Assembly: GCA_951406725.2 (NCBI GenBank) | Contig: OX597823.1 | Location: 63,674,001-63,738,000, forward strand | Length of the DNA: 64,000 nt | DNA from: Octopus vulgaris | Lineage: Eukaryota | Reading direction: 5' to 3' | In this document: positions 1 through 13,229 of the stretch, one piece after another | Numbering within the stretch: the first letter of the stretch is position 1 | How the letters are laid out: every line of letters starts with the position of its first letter | Program-made: the position numbers and the translations under genes | Notes under the pieces: model-generated | Databases searched by the model: none | What the model was told of the DNA's origin: nothing | The model's input: the letters and a program-made list of their open reading frames with translations, nothing else

Positions 1-54
1 TACAAGTTCAATTACTATTGTAGTCAAAAAACAATAATGAATCCCAGAAGAAAA

Positions 55-382
55 CGAAGCTCTCCAGGTCGAGCTACTGCTTCTCCGCATTGAGCGGTCA
101 CAGCTCCGGTACTACGGACATGGGATTAGAACATCGTAGAAAAGGATCGCAAGACAAATTCTTCAATCCGTGCCAACCAGCAGGAGACCTAGGGATAGAC
201 AAAGAACGAGACGGTTGGATAATAATCCATAATCCCAGTTGTTCAGTTTGGAAATCTTCCCGGGGATTTTTTAATAACGGTTGCTTCTGATTGAACCCTA
301 TGGAGCAAGAGACTGAGGATTCTACCTCTACGACCCCCATCCAGGAATAGTGGGCGGAGAAGATGGAAAATGGATGAATGGA
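55..382 (+). mobile_element. RTE-clade LINE 3' fragment (decayed)
   Basis: Frame from 62 reads LQVELLLLRIERSQLRYYGHGIRTS*KRIARQILQSVPTSRRPRDRQRTRRLDN, the typical RTE RT C-terminus; ends in a TGGA-like tail. Confidence 0.75.
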
Positions 383-596
383 AGAAAGCAAGAGCAAACT
401 ACCATTGTAAAAGTACGAGGAAAACTTTCTAAGAACATGTTGCATCGGGCCATCCGAAAATAGATTCCATTTAATGGTTACAAAAAATTAACTTGAAATA
501 TTTTTAGTCGTGCGGCCCACCTAAAGATGAGCCATGTTTCATGCGGCCCGCTTCTCATAAAACGTTGCCTATACCTGGTCTACTTCATTTACTTAA

Positions 597-796
597 CCAT
601 TTAGCATTTACATGCCAGATCTGATTTAACATCTAACATGCTAGATCTAATCTCTCACACCTATCCTATAATGTCATTCTAAGAATAAACAATCACATCA
701 TTGAAATCTCAAAGCTACAAGATAATGCATGCTTACTTCAAAACAACGTGAATAAATAAGCATTACATTTGACTGAGTAATATGAATGCTAAAGAG
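597..796. mobile_element. piggyBac-type MITE (~200 bp)
   Basis: TTAA at 593-596 and 797-800 flanks the TIRs CCATTTAGCATT / AATGCTAAAGAG. Confidence 0.65.
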
Positions 797-1031
797 TTAA
801 GCCGTTAGTAATACCGGGTGGAGTAAATGCTGTGTTCGTGGATAGATACTGATGAAATCCCATTACAAGAATTGAAGCAAACCTTTCTGATTCCACAATT
901 TTCTGTTCACGAAATTAAACAGACAGGGTATTTATATATGCCTATATATACGTACAATGTTAGCTCGTAAAATATCTATACATAATAAACCTTGAAACAA
1001 ATACACTCAACACACAAGCAATTTATGATCA

Positions 1032-1405
1032 CACTAGCAGTATCGCCCGGCGTTGCTCAGGTTTGTAAGGGAAATAACTATAAAGCATTTTTAGAGAGTT
1101 ATAGCCAAAAAATAGCAAAAAAATGGAAAAAAATGATGGTAAATTTTTTTTTAGTTAAAAAAGGTGGAGTTGCGTCCCCTAGACAGTTTGCGGTTTGTGT
1201 TTCTGATTCTCGACCCCATGTCGAATTTATCGATTTTTTCAGAACTGGGGGAACTTTTCAAAATTTTCGCTGCGTTAGTTTTGAATTATGACATTGGGCT
1301 ATGTGTGTGTCAAGTTTCATCAGAATCGGTTGAAAGCCGTGGTCAGGGTGAGGGTACAAGCAAACAGACACACAGAAACACGCACACACAAGCAATTTAT
1401 CATCA
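1032..1405 (-). mobile_element. Non-autonomous Helitron-like element
   Basis: Minus strand ends in GC-rich GAGCAACGCCGGGCGATACTG followed by CTAGT; ACAG/CA microsatellite near the other end. Confidence 0.5.
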
Positions 1406-3629
1406 CATATAAACAATATTTAGTTGTAATCGCGAAGTACTGGGACAGAGTTTCAAACTCGAAACTTTTTCGCAGAAATAGAAGCTCATATATCTTTGCT
1501 TACCGAATAAACATGCTTCAATGTAAACACTCAGATATAATATTCATCCTCACTTAAACGTGGATTTTCTCTTAGAACAAACTATACTGTTGGCTTTTGG
1601 TGCAAAATGCATTCTAGTTTAGACCGCTAGCGAGGAGATAAATCTGCCGTCACCTTCAACGCTGAGACCATCAGTTCACATGATTTCGACATTCTTTGGT
1701 CTTGTCAGATCACATGATTGTGATCGTCAGACCATCAGATCACATGATTTCGACTTTCTTTGGTCTTGTCAAAGATGGACACTCGACCGCTAAAGATAGC
1801 AGCAATTCATCTCCTCGCCAGCAATATATAGAATGACAGTGACAGAATAGGCGCTGGTATCGCAATCAGCTAGTGAGCTTGTTAAAATGTAAGCTTATTA
1901 ATAATAATGCTGCCTCTGTTGCTAACAAATATTTTGTAAATTCTCGGTTTTCTACCGCCACCCAGTATTCAAGTCGTACGTAATTCGATCACGTGTCTAA
2001 GCGATCGAAGTCTATCTGTTTCCTATATAAATTTCATTGTAATGTTTAAAATTGTGGTGTAAAGTAATGAAGTGACGGACATTCCGAGCTCAAATCTTGA
2101 CTATGCTGAATTTCCTCTTTATATTTCCTTCCAAAAAAATGTGATATATATCTATTTAACTGACTGTACAGCTATACAACTACTTTACTCACGCACACGG
2201 ATATCTGGCAGTTTTAAAATCTGAAACAAAAAAATTTCAGTATGGAAAATGGAGGGAAATAATCCCTTTGAATATACGACAATATGCATAATTCAAAGGA
2301 GTTAGGAAAAAATCCTGGCAGTGATCAGGGATTATAGTTTCGTTTATGATGATAAAATCCAATAACTTTTGTTTTAAAGATTAGTTTTAAAATTTTCTGC
2401 TTCAAATATGGGCTTAACTGCTCTTTCATAACGTTGAATTTCCTTAACACCGGACAATACGCTGTATTTTTCTGGACGCTTTTTAAAAAGAATTCTAGTC
2501 GGGAAAAACTTGTCTTTTTTTAATAATTGTAGTTTAGTGTTTTCTATCCCTATCCCGAAACTTTGTTTCTTTGTGATTTCTTCTAAAATTGCATATTTTT
2601 GCATGCAAAAGGAATCAACTAGCTTATTTTCCATTTCGGCGCTTAAACTCTGGGACACACACACACACACACACATGTATATACGTATGTATGTATGTAT
2701 GTATGTATGTATGTATGTATGTATGTATGTATGTATGTATGTATGTCATTGTTCAATTTTATTTCAAGATTTCTTGCTGATAGAGAAAGAGCCGGTTTCT
2801 AGCCTAGATCCAAGGCTCGTTCATTGGAATTTCAACATCATTGTATGTAGGTATGTGTGCAGATTCGTATGTTTTGTTTTATGTATGTATTCTCGTGCAT
2901 ATAGTTGCAAATCTAGACATGCTCATATATATTTAAATGTTAAACTTCTGGAAAATTCTACAGATTTTTACAGTTCCAGTGATGGATTGGATCTGTAATC
3001 TTCGAATTAGCTTTCTCCTTTCTGGTTTTGAGAGGCCTAATTTCTCAAGATTTGTATTTCGGCGCTTAAACTCTGGGACACACACACACACACACACATG
3101 TATATACGTATGTATGTATGTATGTATGTATGTATGTATGTATGTATGTATGTATGTGCGTGTGTTTGTATGTATGCGCATTCATGTGTGTGTGTGTGTG
3201 TGGAAAGCAAAGTATGTATTGCTTGCTCTATAAAATTTTATGTTAAATGAACTAATAAAGTTCTTATTTTCACCTTAGCATGTAGTTTTTTTTCTCAGAG
3301 TAAACCCGAGGGTTATGAAAAGAGGATTCAGATGATACAGCGGCCCGGGGCCTGGAGCACAGAGAAGGGTCCCACGAATATTTGATAGGCTCCTTCCCCA
3401 CCAAAAAAGACACAGCCACTTGGAATTTAGGGAGCCCCAAACCAAATTTGAATGGGACAAGAGTGGAAATCTGCTCTGCAAGACGTATAATTACAAGTAT
3501 AATGTATGTATGTATGTATGTATGTGCGTGTGTTTGTATGTATGCGCATGCATGTAAGTGTATGTGTGGAAAGCAAAGTATGTATTGCTTGCTCTATAAA
3601 ATTTTATGTTAAATGAACTAATAAAGAAG

Positions 3630-4320
3630 ATTATTCATATGGAGGAGTGAATGGGTTATGAGTAAATATATTTTTCTGTGACACAATCTTTAAAGATAAC
3701 GTGTAAAAAAGCGTTCACATTATAATTTTCACTTGCAAGAAGTGTATGATTCCAACGAAGACGTATTTTCCCCACATCTGATGACAAGGTATGAAATGCG
3801 ACCATATTTTTGTAATCCAGAATCAAAGCTGCAGTTCATGGAATGGCGTTACATCTCTCCTCCAGCGTATAAGAAGAGACTTTTTGGAGGGGATGACAAC
3901 AGCGTCATTTTCATTGATTTTCTGGAACGTGTCTCCACAATGAACCTCGTTCACTGAGTCTCTGTAAGTTTAAAGAATCTATGAGGCGGAAGACACCGAA
4001 CAGAAACCTGAAATCTATCAACGTTTACCATGTCAATACACGACCAAACACATCTTTAGCAACAAATCCGACACTCGGCAAACAAGTCTTGATCAATGGT
4101 TCTCCAGCCACCATGCGGTTCAGATCTATCGCCCTCCAGTTTCCACATGTTCGGTCCAATAAAGGACACTCTTCAGAGACAAGGATTTGATGATATAGAC
4201 CAAGTGGAGTGGTTGTAAATGGAGTGCAACAGTGCGCACCTCATGTTTTTTTTCTTTTTCACAGAGGATGCAAGAATGGGGATCAACAATGGCGCAAAGG
4301 CATCGCTTATAACGGAAACT
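3630..4320 (+). pseudogene. Decayed mariner (DD34D) transposase remnant
   Basis: Frameshifted motifs CNPESKLQFMEWR (cf. YDPETKRQSMEW), YHVNTRPNT (cf. HDNARPH) and QPPCGSDLSPSSFHMFGPIK (cf. HPPYSPDLAPSDFHLF). Confidence 0.7.
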
Positions 4321-4429
4321 ATGTTGTTTAATAGCTTTCGTATAGAGAAGTTACTCTACCAACAAGTACAATTTGAACTATATCAGTTAATAAAAAAGAT
4401 GTTATGTCTACTTTTGCAACTTTCGGTAG

Positions 4430-4472
<43 letters not shown>

Positions 4473-5184
4473 ACACACACAGACGCTTTATATGAATAAG
4501 AAGATCGCACTCTCCGTTATAGCAGCTTGGAGAACTATATATATATATGATACATCTCATTACAAGTTATATAGAATCAGAAGACAGGTTTCCGGTTTCT
4601 GTAGCATATACATCTCCCCACACTTGGACGGGACGCCGGCCCGTCGCAGGATTATTCATCCGTGCCAACTGAGTGAATTGGAGCAACATGAAATGAAGTG
4701 TATTGCTCAAAGACACAATGCATTGCCCGGTCCAGGACTCTTATAATCATGTGTCCAACAGCTTAACAATTAATTCATGCTCTTCAAATAATCTCCTAAT
4801 ATAATAATGAGCGAAGTGTTTTTATATATTTCTATATATATATATTTGTCCAAAATCACGCAGGAGGGAGTAGGAGAAAAACTAGTATAATTGAAAGCGA
4901 GGGGAGAGAATGTAGTAATTCAGTGAAGAAGTAGTGAGAGTAATAGCCATGACTGAGAAGGATTGAGAGAAAGTAGTAGCAATGAGAGAGAAGAAGTGGC
5001 AAAGAGCTTGTCGCGTATCTTCTACTATAATAATACTCTTGTGTTCTTGTTCATCACAACATATGAATGAGAAAGGAAGGGGTGATAGATGAATAACGAA
5101 GGAAGGGGTGGAAAGAAATCAGCGTTTTAACTCTCTGTGAGTATATGCGCATGTATGTAAAAGGGAGGTATGTGAATGTTTGTT

Positions 5185-5237
<53 letters not shown>

Positions 5238-5988
5238 AAGGGAAGTATGTGAATGTATGTGAACATTGACAAGCGTATTAATTTGATTTACCATCCATAT
5301 CTTCTACTATAATAATACTCTTGTGTATTTCTCCGTCACAACATATGAATGAGAAAGAAAGAGGTGATAGATGAATAAGTAAAGAAGGGGTGATGGCAAA
5401 CTTGGTAGTGGGATGATGGAAGTTCTACTGTGAAAAAATATCGAACGGCATTTCAACTGTGCGTGAGTATAAGTGTGTGCATGTAAAAGGTAGTCATGTG
5501 AATGTTTATGTGTGTGTGTATGTGTGCAGTGGAAGTGGGATGATGAATACTCAACGCTGAGAAGAAAAATCAAACAGCGTTTCAACTCTGTGTGAGTATA
5601 TGTGTATATGTGTGTGCGTGTACAAGGGAAGTATGTGAATGTTTGTATCTATGATATTATGTACCTTATTTTGTACCTTATCTTAATAATACTAAAACGT
5701 TAGAGATGTTTCTGTGTACCCGAAATATCTCAGAAATAGTATATTTTACCTTAATTGTTTTTGCATATTTATTTTAATGCCTACCTTCGGCAATGCAGTA
5801 CACATTTTTGTGATAGTTCAACCTCTATTTATTAACGAAAACGATTAAACATATTTTTGTTTGTTATTTCTTGACGAAAAAAATCATGGCATCCGTGACG
5901 ACAACACGCATATACATACAGACTACACACACATGCAATGAATGTTATGGCGTGTCAATCAACACAAAAACACACAGATATATATATA

Positions 5989-7236
5989 TTCGGTTGGCAA
6001 GAAAGTAATTTCGTTTTTCGCAAATAGATAGTTACGATTTTTTAATGATTTTTGTCAATGTTATGAATTTTCCTTTTGTCATTTGATAGCTGTTACTTTT
6101 AGTTTACTTTAGAAGCAAAGTGCGCGTAATTTTGTTTACAGCTGTTATTTCAGTGTCAATTTTAACATGGAGTGCAAAAACGAACATTTTCGCCATATTC
6201 TACTTTTTTATTTCCGTAAAGCAAGAAAGCTGCTGAGATTCACAAAGAGATATGCAAAGTTTATGGGGTTGATTCCTTAATAGAACGCACATGTCAGAAA
6301 TGGTTTTAAAAATTAATTCCCTTCTGGAGCTTTTTCACTCAAAGTTAACCAACGTTCTGGTCGACCTACTGACGTTGATGATAACCGAATCAAAGCCATA
6401 ATTGAATCTGTGTGAGAGATTGCAGAGTGGTTAAATGTATCACACACAACAATTGAAAATCACTTAAAATGCCTTGAACTCGTTAAAATGCTCGATATTT
6501 GGGTTCCACATAAATTGAAAGAGATTCATCCACTTAATACAACGAATCAATTTTTGCGGTATGCATCTCAAATGCAATGAAATCGACCTTTTTGGAAATG
6601 AATCATCACTGGTGATGAAACATAGATTGTCTACAATAACGTCAATCGGAAACGAACATGGTCCAAGCGTAATGAACCAGAATAAACCACATCGAAAGCT
6701 GAATTGCATAAAAAAAAAGGTCATGCTGTCAATTTGGGTGGGATTACTAAGGTGTTGTGTATTTGGAACTGCTTCCAAGGAACCGAACGATCAATTCAGA
6801 TGTTTACTGTCAAGAACTAATGAAACTGGAGGAAGCAATAAACAGCCAGAATTGTGAATCGTGTTCAACCATGACAACACTAGACCACACACGTCTTTGC
6901 TAACTCGTGAAAAATTATTGGAGCTTGGTTGAGAACTGATGACACATCCACCATGTAGCCCTGACCTTGCATCATCAGATTAGCCTTTACTTCGAAGTTT
7001 GCAAAATTCTTTGAATGATAAAACTTTCAATAATAATGATAACCTGAAATCGCACTAGCTTCAGTTTTTTGGCTAAAAACCAGAAGTTCTATGAGCGCAG
7101 AATCAGGAAGTTGCCAGAAAGGTGGTAAAAGTCAACAAAATGCAAAATATATAATTGATTAAAGTTCATTCGTTGTATGAAAAAAAAATACTTTTATTGC
7201 GCACTGAAAACCGAAATTACTTTCTTGCCAAGCAAA
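5989..7236 (+). mobile_element. Full-length but defective mariner transposon
   Basis: TA-flanked ~30 bp TIRs TTCGGTTGGCAAGAAAGTAATTTCG / CGAAATTACTTTCTTGCCAAGCAAA; transposase from ATG 6167 (MECKNEHFRHILLFYFRK) with WVPHKL, HDNTRPH and HPPCSPDLASSD motifs; multiple frameshifts and stops. Confidence 0.92.
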
Positions 7237-7499
7237 TATATGCCGGATTCTCCCGCCGAAGACGACATATGAGTGTCAGCGAGAAGTAAAAAAAAAAATC
7301 CAACCAAATCTTCAACACATCTGATTGTTACTGTTATTCCCAGGTGTTTGTAATTCATTCACTTCGTTTGATGACTCCTCATGTGAGTCCGCATGTCACC
7401 AAAAGCAATAATGATATGAGCATGACATTAAATCAGCTCGTTATCTAGCTAAGAAATCACAATGTGGACAATGGTGGTTTGCGGGAAGAAAGAATTCTG

Positions 7500-10400
7500 T
7501 TGGTTTCATTTCTTATTTTACCATAAATGTGCTTGAGGAAGTATTCTCTGAGGTTTCATAATTTTGAGGCTGGAATAAGCTCCCCTCCAGTCTGTACAGT
7601 TTCTCGCCAGATTCTCAAAGGTTTCTTTGCTAATACTCAGGTGTTTCAAATTATCTCCTATTTTGTCCTTTTACCGTATAAGTGGCCAACATACAGTGCA
7701 TCGTGAAATTACAAACTGGCCGTAAAAGATTTGTTTTGGTTTTCGACCACTATTCATGTCCACATCATCGCATTTGAGACTTAATCAAGAAAGCCTCTGT
7801 ACCAAATATTCCACACATTTCTAGGATACTGCTATTCTTCACTCCCATCCCATTCAGCCTTGCATATTTGTCTAAAACATCTCATATGAAGATTGTTTAG
7901 CTGACTGATATGCTTACGATAATCTTTCAGGTCTCTGCTCCGTAAAAGAGTTGTTAGAACAACTAACTTGTACATGTCAGTTTTTCACCTTACTAAGACA
8001 TCATGAACATTTCAAAAGCGATTATAAAGCTTCACAAAAGCTGAACTAATACGGGATTGGACCTTCCTATCGAGTTTAGTATCGCTTGTTACTGTAGAAC
8101 CCAAATATGTAAATGCATCAACGGTTTTCTTTTGTCTTCAACAAACACGCTGAGTACCAGGATGTGGCTGATACAACAGTTCAATATTTTTTTATACTAA
8201 AAGTTAAGCCAAAAGATCTGGCTGTTACTGCAAATTTATGGATGATGTGCCGGATATCTTCAAGTGTACGAACAACTAGGGCACAATCATCTGCAAACAA
8301 TCTCTTACTGTCTGAGATGCAACGTTAGTCTTTGCTTCCAAACGCTGTTGGTTGAAGATGCCTGCAGTTGTCCTACAAGCAAGAAACACCAGAAAATCAC
8401 TATCCAATATTACGGCAAAAAAATAGTGAAGATAATATTGGTGTCAAAACACAACTTTCTTTTATACCATTTTAACATCTAGAAAGTCTGAGATTTACTA
8501 CCAGTTGAGAGAACGGATGCTTTCATATCTTTATGTAGGGACACTACGACATTTAGCATTTGCTCGGGAATCCCGAGCTTTGTTAAAGCTTTCTACAAAG
8601 CCTTACGACATACAGTGTCAAAGGTTTTTGTAAAGTCAACAAATAATACATAGAGGTCTTTATTGTGCTCCCCTGAGCTTGTCGCTAACTAAACCCACAA
8701 TGACTCTCTGGAAAGACAAAAATCAACTAATACTGTTTAAGGTGACTCGAGAGGATTTTACCTGCAACAGAGAGCAGCGATATGTCACGATGATTGTCAC
8801 ATTTACAGTTATTACCGTTATACTTATATAAATGTGCAATCGGTGCATCTTTAAATTGTTGAGGGACACTTCTTATTTGCCACATTTGGGCTATATGCTC
8901 TGTCAGTTTATCAAAATTATTACCAGGAAAAACCATCCACTCCTGAATCTTTACCGTTTGTCAATTATTTTATAATCACTTTCACTTCATCCAAATGGAC
9001 CCAATGCAAGAGAGTCAATTACCAGTCTTCGCGGGGATATTATTGATTGAGTTCATGTCGGCATTTGTATCTCTATTGAGTTCATCTTTAAAATTTTCCA
9101 CTCAGTGTTTCAATATGTTATTAGGATCTGTGAGAAGAATCCCTTCTGTAGAAAGAACTGTAAAGCACCATTCTTTACTTGGACAAAATACCCTCTTTAA
9201 ATTTTGATAAAGACCATTCACGTCGTGTTTGCCAACTGATTCTTGCAAAGCTTTAGCCTTTTGTTCCCACCAGTGTTGCTCCATTTTTCGGAGTTTAGTT
9301 TAAACAGAGTTTTTGGCAGGTTTGTAAAGCTTTTTCTTTCTAGTAGTGTTCTTATCTGCAATCCATTCTTTGAGAAGTCTGTACATTACTTGAAGCTGTT
9401 CATTTATAAGCACGTCATTTTCATCAAACCAATCTTGGTTTTTACAGCATCAAAACCCAAGAACTTCTCTGGATGACTCACAAATGATATCGCTAAATCG
9501 ATCCCATGATTGTTCTATATTCTATGACTTTTCATCAAATGTTTGAGCGAGAATATCTTTGTTATCTACTTTGACATCTGAAATATCAAATCTCCTTATG
9601 AACTTTTTACGATGTTGCTTTATAGCCGGCTCTTGTCTTTTTTTTTTTTATCGTACTACAAACCACAATATGGTCAGATCAGCATTCTGCCTTATAGAAA
9701 GAACGTGTTAATTTAACATCACTTTATCTCGGATTCGAACTATCCCGTAGTCAATCAAATGACCATGATTTGATCTAGGATATTTTGTTTGTATTGGACT
9801 ACCGAAAAAATGTATTGGTGATAGAAAGTCTAAAATCACTGTACATGGATAGTAGAAGGAGTCTATTTGATTTCATTTTGCGAAGACCATGCTTACCAAG
9901 AATATTTGGCCAAGAAAAGTAATCTGATCCAACACGGGCATTAAAATCTCTCAAAAGAAAAATTTTGTCTTGATTGACAGTTCGGTTCAATAACATTCGT
10001 AAACCAGAATAGAACTTTTCTTTAGCTGCATCTGTAGAACCAAGTGTTGGTGCGCATGCACTTACTAGTGTAGTATATTTTTCTAGGCCAGTTGGAATTC
10101 GCAATAACATAAGACGATCATTAATTTCACTTGGTACAGATTCTAGTTTATGTATTGGGTTGTCTGGAAAGTTCGTGCCGATTTATAGTAGCTTATCTTT
10201 CGACTTATTTTAGAACATGGTTAAGTTCATAAAATAGGATTTGACTACACCTCCATTTAGAGCAAAGTTTAAGCTATCTTTTCGTGGAAGAAGGTTTATG
10301 TTCCTATAACCTGTGTTAATTCTGTAACCCTTTAAAATGGAAGATAAGAAAGTTCATTTTCGGCACTTGATGCTTTGGGAACCAGACAAAAATTGCTGCA

Positions 10401-11330
10401 ACTTGGCTGGGATGTGTTACCCCACTCTCCATATTCACCAGATATTGCTCCTTCAGATTTCCACTTATTCAGGTCTCTGCAGAATAGTCTTAAGGGTAAA
10501 AATTTCAATTCCTTGGATGACGTAAAAAGATACGTTGATGAATTCTTTGCCATGAAACCACCTCAATTCTGGAAAGAGGGTATTTTCAAGTTAAAGGAAA
10601 GATGGAGACGCATTGTGCAACAAAATGACTCATATTTGGTTGATTAAAAATGTAATGGCAAGTATTTATTGACCTTTTTCTTTCCTTTAAAAATCGGCAT
10701 GAACTTTCCGGACAACCCAATATAAAATCATTACTAATTGCAAAACCAACACCAGATTCTCTTTTTTCTGCTTCAGATGTACCAATCCAGAAGAAAGTGT
10801 ACCCTCTAACGACTTCATTCAGTTGACCGGCAGCTGGTAGCCTTGTCTCCGAAAGAGCAGCAATACTAACAATTTGACTTCTCAGAAACCGAGCTATAAG
10901 TGTTGTTTTGAGCCCAGGATGCTTTCCGTGGTCCTGAAGTGTGCCATGTTCCAAGCTGCTTTACACACATATCTATTTCTCTCCCCCTTTTCCTTTGTCT
11001 TCTCATTTTCTTCTTCGACTGCATCTTTGAAAGTCCAATCATTCGCAGCATAACGACAAAAATGAGTGAGCAAGCAGTTTTTAGGGTACCTTTTCTATAT
11101 CTCTCCCTACAGAAGGGAAAGCAGTGTCATCCTAAATAGGCTAATTTGCTAAGAAGAGGACACGGACTGTGAAATTGCCCACATAGGATTCACAGAACGG
11201 CCATCTGCTTCTTATCACCGTACTTGCAATGCTCAAACTAGAGAAATCTCCAGTGAATTTCTCTACCTGTGTCCGTCGCAATCACTTCATCGCTGTAAGA
11301 TATGATTTGTCTTCATGTTGTTACTGAACG
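7500..11330 (-). mobile_element. Decayed RTE-clade LINE (APE endonuclease + RT), interrupted by a mariner derivative
   Basis: ORF fragments IAALSETRL...GYTFFWIG and TLVSACAPTL...DFNARVGSD (APE), and CDNHRDISLLSVAGKIL (RT); ends approximate. Confidence 0.85.
10155..10720 (+). mobile_element. Internally deleted mariner (566 bp) nested in the RTE LINE
   Basis: TA TSD; TIRs TTGGGTTGTCTGGAAAGTTCGTGCCGATTT / AAATCGGCATGAACTTTCCGGACAACCCAA; N-terminus MEDKKVHFRHLMLWE joined to C-terminus ...LPHSPYSPDIAPSDFHLFRSLQN. Confidence 0.93.
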
Positions 11331-12365
11331 ACCTGCACTATGAGTTAGTTTAAACTGGAATTTGTTTGTGTTGGATAAAACCCACTCTCTCCACCTAGAA
11401 AGCAAAATCTTAACTGAGGCACAGTGTGCCACTTGTCAGATGCAAAGTAGGTCGCAGAAGTAGTATGGCTTGATTTACAAATGAGTTGAGAGTTTGGTGG
11501 CTCAGCACACACACATACACACATAAACACGTATATACATATACAGAGAAAATAAAATATTTAAAAAATATAAAAAGGAATATTAAAAAATCATAATAAA
11601 TAAAATGTACATAAAAACATATGTACATATAAATGTATAAAAAATATAAAAATATAAAATAAAATTCTAAAATATAAATAAAAATATATAAACAATATAT
11701 ACATATGTATTCATTGTTGGATAGCTGTTGCCTGCTCATAAATTCTTGCCTTTTGACAGGTTTTATTTACATACATACAACTACTTATTTGCACTTGTGG
11801 TGACCACCCGGGATGGGTTGAGCCGGCTCCGACCACATCCGACAGTCGGCTCAAGCGTTCAATCAGGCAAAGTAATGCTTCTGCCTGCAGCCCCAAAATC
11901 CAGAATGCTAATTTGACAAATGCTCGACTGGGAAATAAGCGTGTCGTAGAGCGCGGATCCCGTAGTCGAGTTGCCATTTGTTGCTGAGGTGTAAGATACA
12001 TTTTCGGAGTTTCGTTGGGAATATGAGTTCACATGTGGACCCCGGTCGCATGCATAAACACTTTGGGATAGTGTAAACCGTAGCAGCCCATCTTCCCGTC
12101 AATTATCGACCGTCGCAGAGGATTCACTAACCAACTCACTGCCGATTATCGGAACCGGCGTAGTATGGGTTTGAAAGGAATGGTACGAATGTTAGCTAAC
12201 CCATAACTGGGATTCTAACAGGTGCTGCTTCACATGAGAACAATAGTGGCCAAGAGGTGTCTCCACACTGCTCAAAATCCTGGAAATCCCATACTGAGGG
12301 TTCGCTACCCGATACAGTTTAAAGTCTTACCCAGGGCACATGCGCACAAACACCTACATACATAC

Positions 12366-12415
<50 letters not shown>

Positions 12416-12430
12416 TAGAGACACTATATA

Positions 12431-12513
<83 letters not shown>

Positions 12514-12713
12514 GCACATATATACACATTGATGTATATAGGTATATATATACATACACACACAAATATGTATATACTCATAAGCATGTGTTTGCATATA
12601 TATACACGCACACGTATATATATATATATATATATATACACATACATATATACATGCACACGTTGGGAGGAGAAACACAGATACGCAAACACACACACAC
12701 ACACACATATACA

Positions 12714-12921
12714 TTTCATGGTGAAGGCCGGTTTATGGGGATACCCTGGGTTTCTCGTCCATAATGGGTTTAACTTCATGGCGTATCGTCAGATCCCAAG
12801 ACCTGTTGGCCTAGGAAGGCATAGGCCAACAGGTCTTTGGGTCTGACGATACGCTATAAAGTGAAATCCTTTATGGACGGAAAACCCAGGGTAACCCTAT
12901 AAACCGGCCTTCAGCAAGAAA
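12714..12921. repeat. ~200 bp fold-back palindrome (MITE-like)
   Basis: ~100 bp arms, e.g. GAAGGCCGGTTTAT...GACCTGTTGGCCTA / TAGGCCAACAGGTC...ATAAACCGGCCTTC, around an 8-nt loop. Confidence 0.9.
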
Positions 12922-12983
12922 AAATATAGACTTCTCTACTTCTCAGAGTGCTTCTTCTCCGGATTTATGTTTTTAGAAAAACA

Positions 12984-13054
<71 letters not shown>

Positions 13055-13229
13055 GGTTGCTGACAAATTTTCTCGCTTTCTATGGATATTTTATTTTATA
13101 CAGTCTCTGTTGTTCTATCAGCATTTATGCGTTTGAAAATAAATTATCTTACTTGTATCTCACAAACACATTTCAACACTTCTAAAACAAACATTAGTTT
13201 GTTTACATTTATCGTAATATACGATATAT

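Noticed and set aside
815-902. Possible second exon of the signal-peptide gene (minus strand, AACAG acceptor, CG|GTATT donor; ENCGIRKVCFNSCNGISS...)
   Set aside because: Weak donor, two frames open and no recognisable homology; cannot be supported without RNA data.
11790-12340. GC-rich segment with partial HDV-like ribozyme features on the minus strand (TTC-TCATGT-GAA, hairpin, GCTAA), perhaps a LINE 5' UTR
   Set aside because: I could not find a P1 partner strand or a convincing P2, so the fold cannot be built.
12222-12846. Long YI/HT/CV-repeat ORFs here and at many other positions
   Set aside because: Translations of (TA)n, (CA)n, (CATA)n and (GATA)n microsatellites, which lack stops in some frames.
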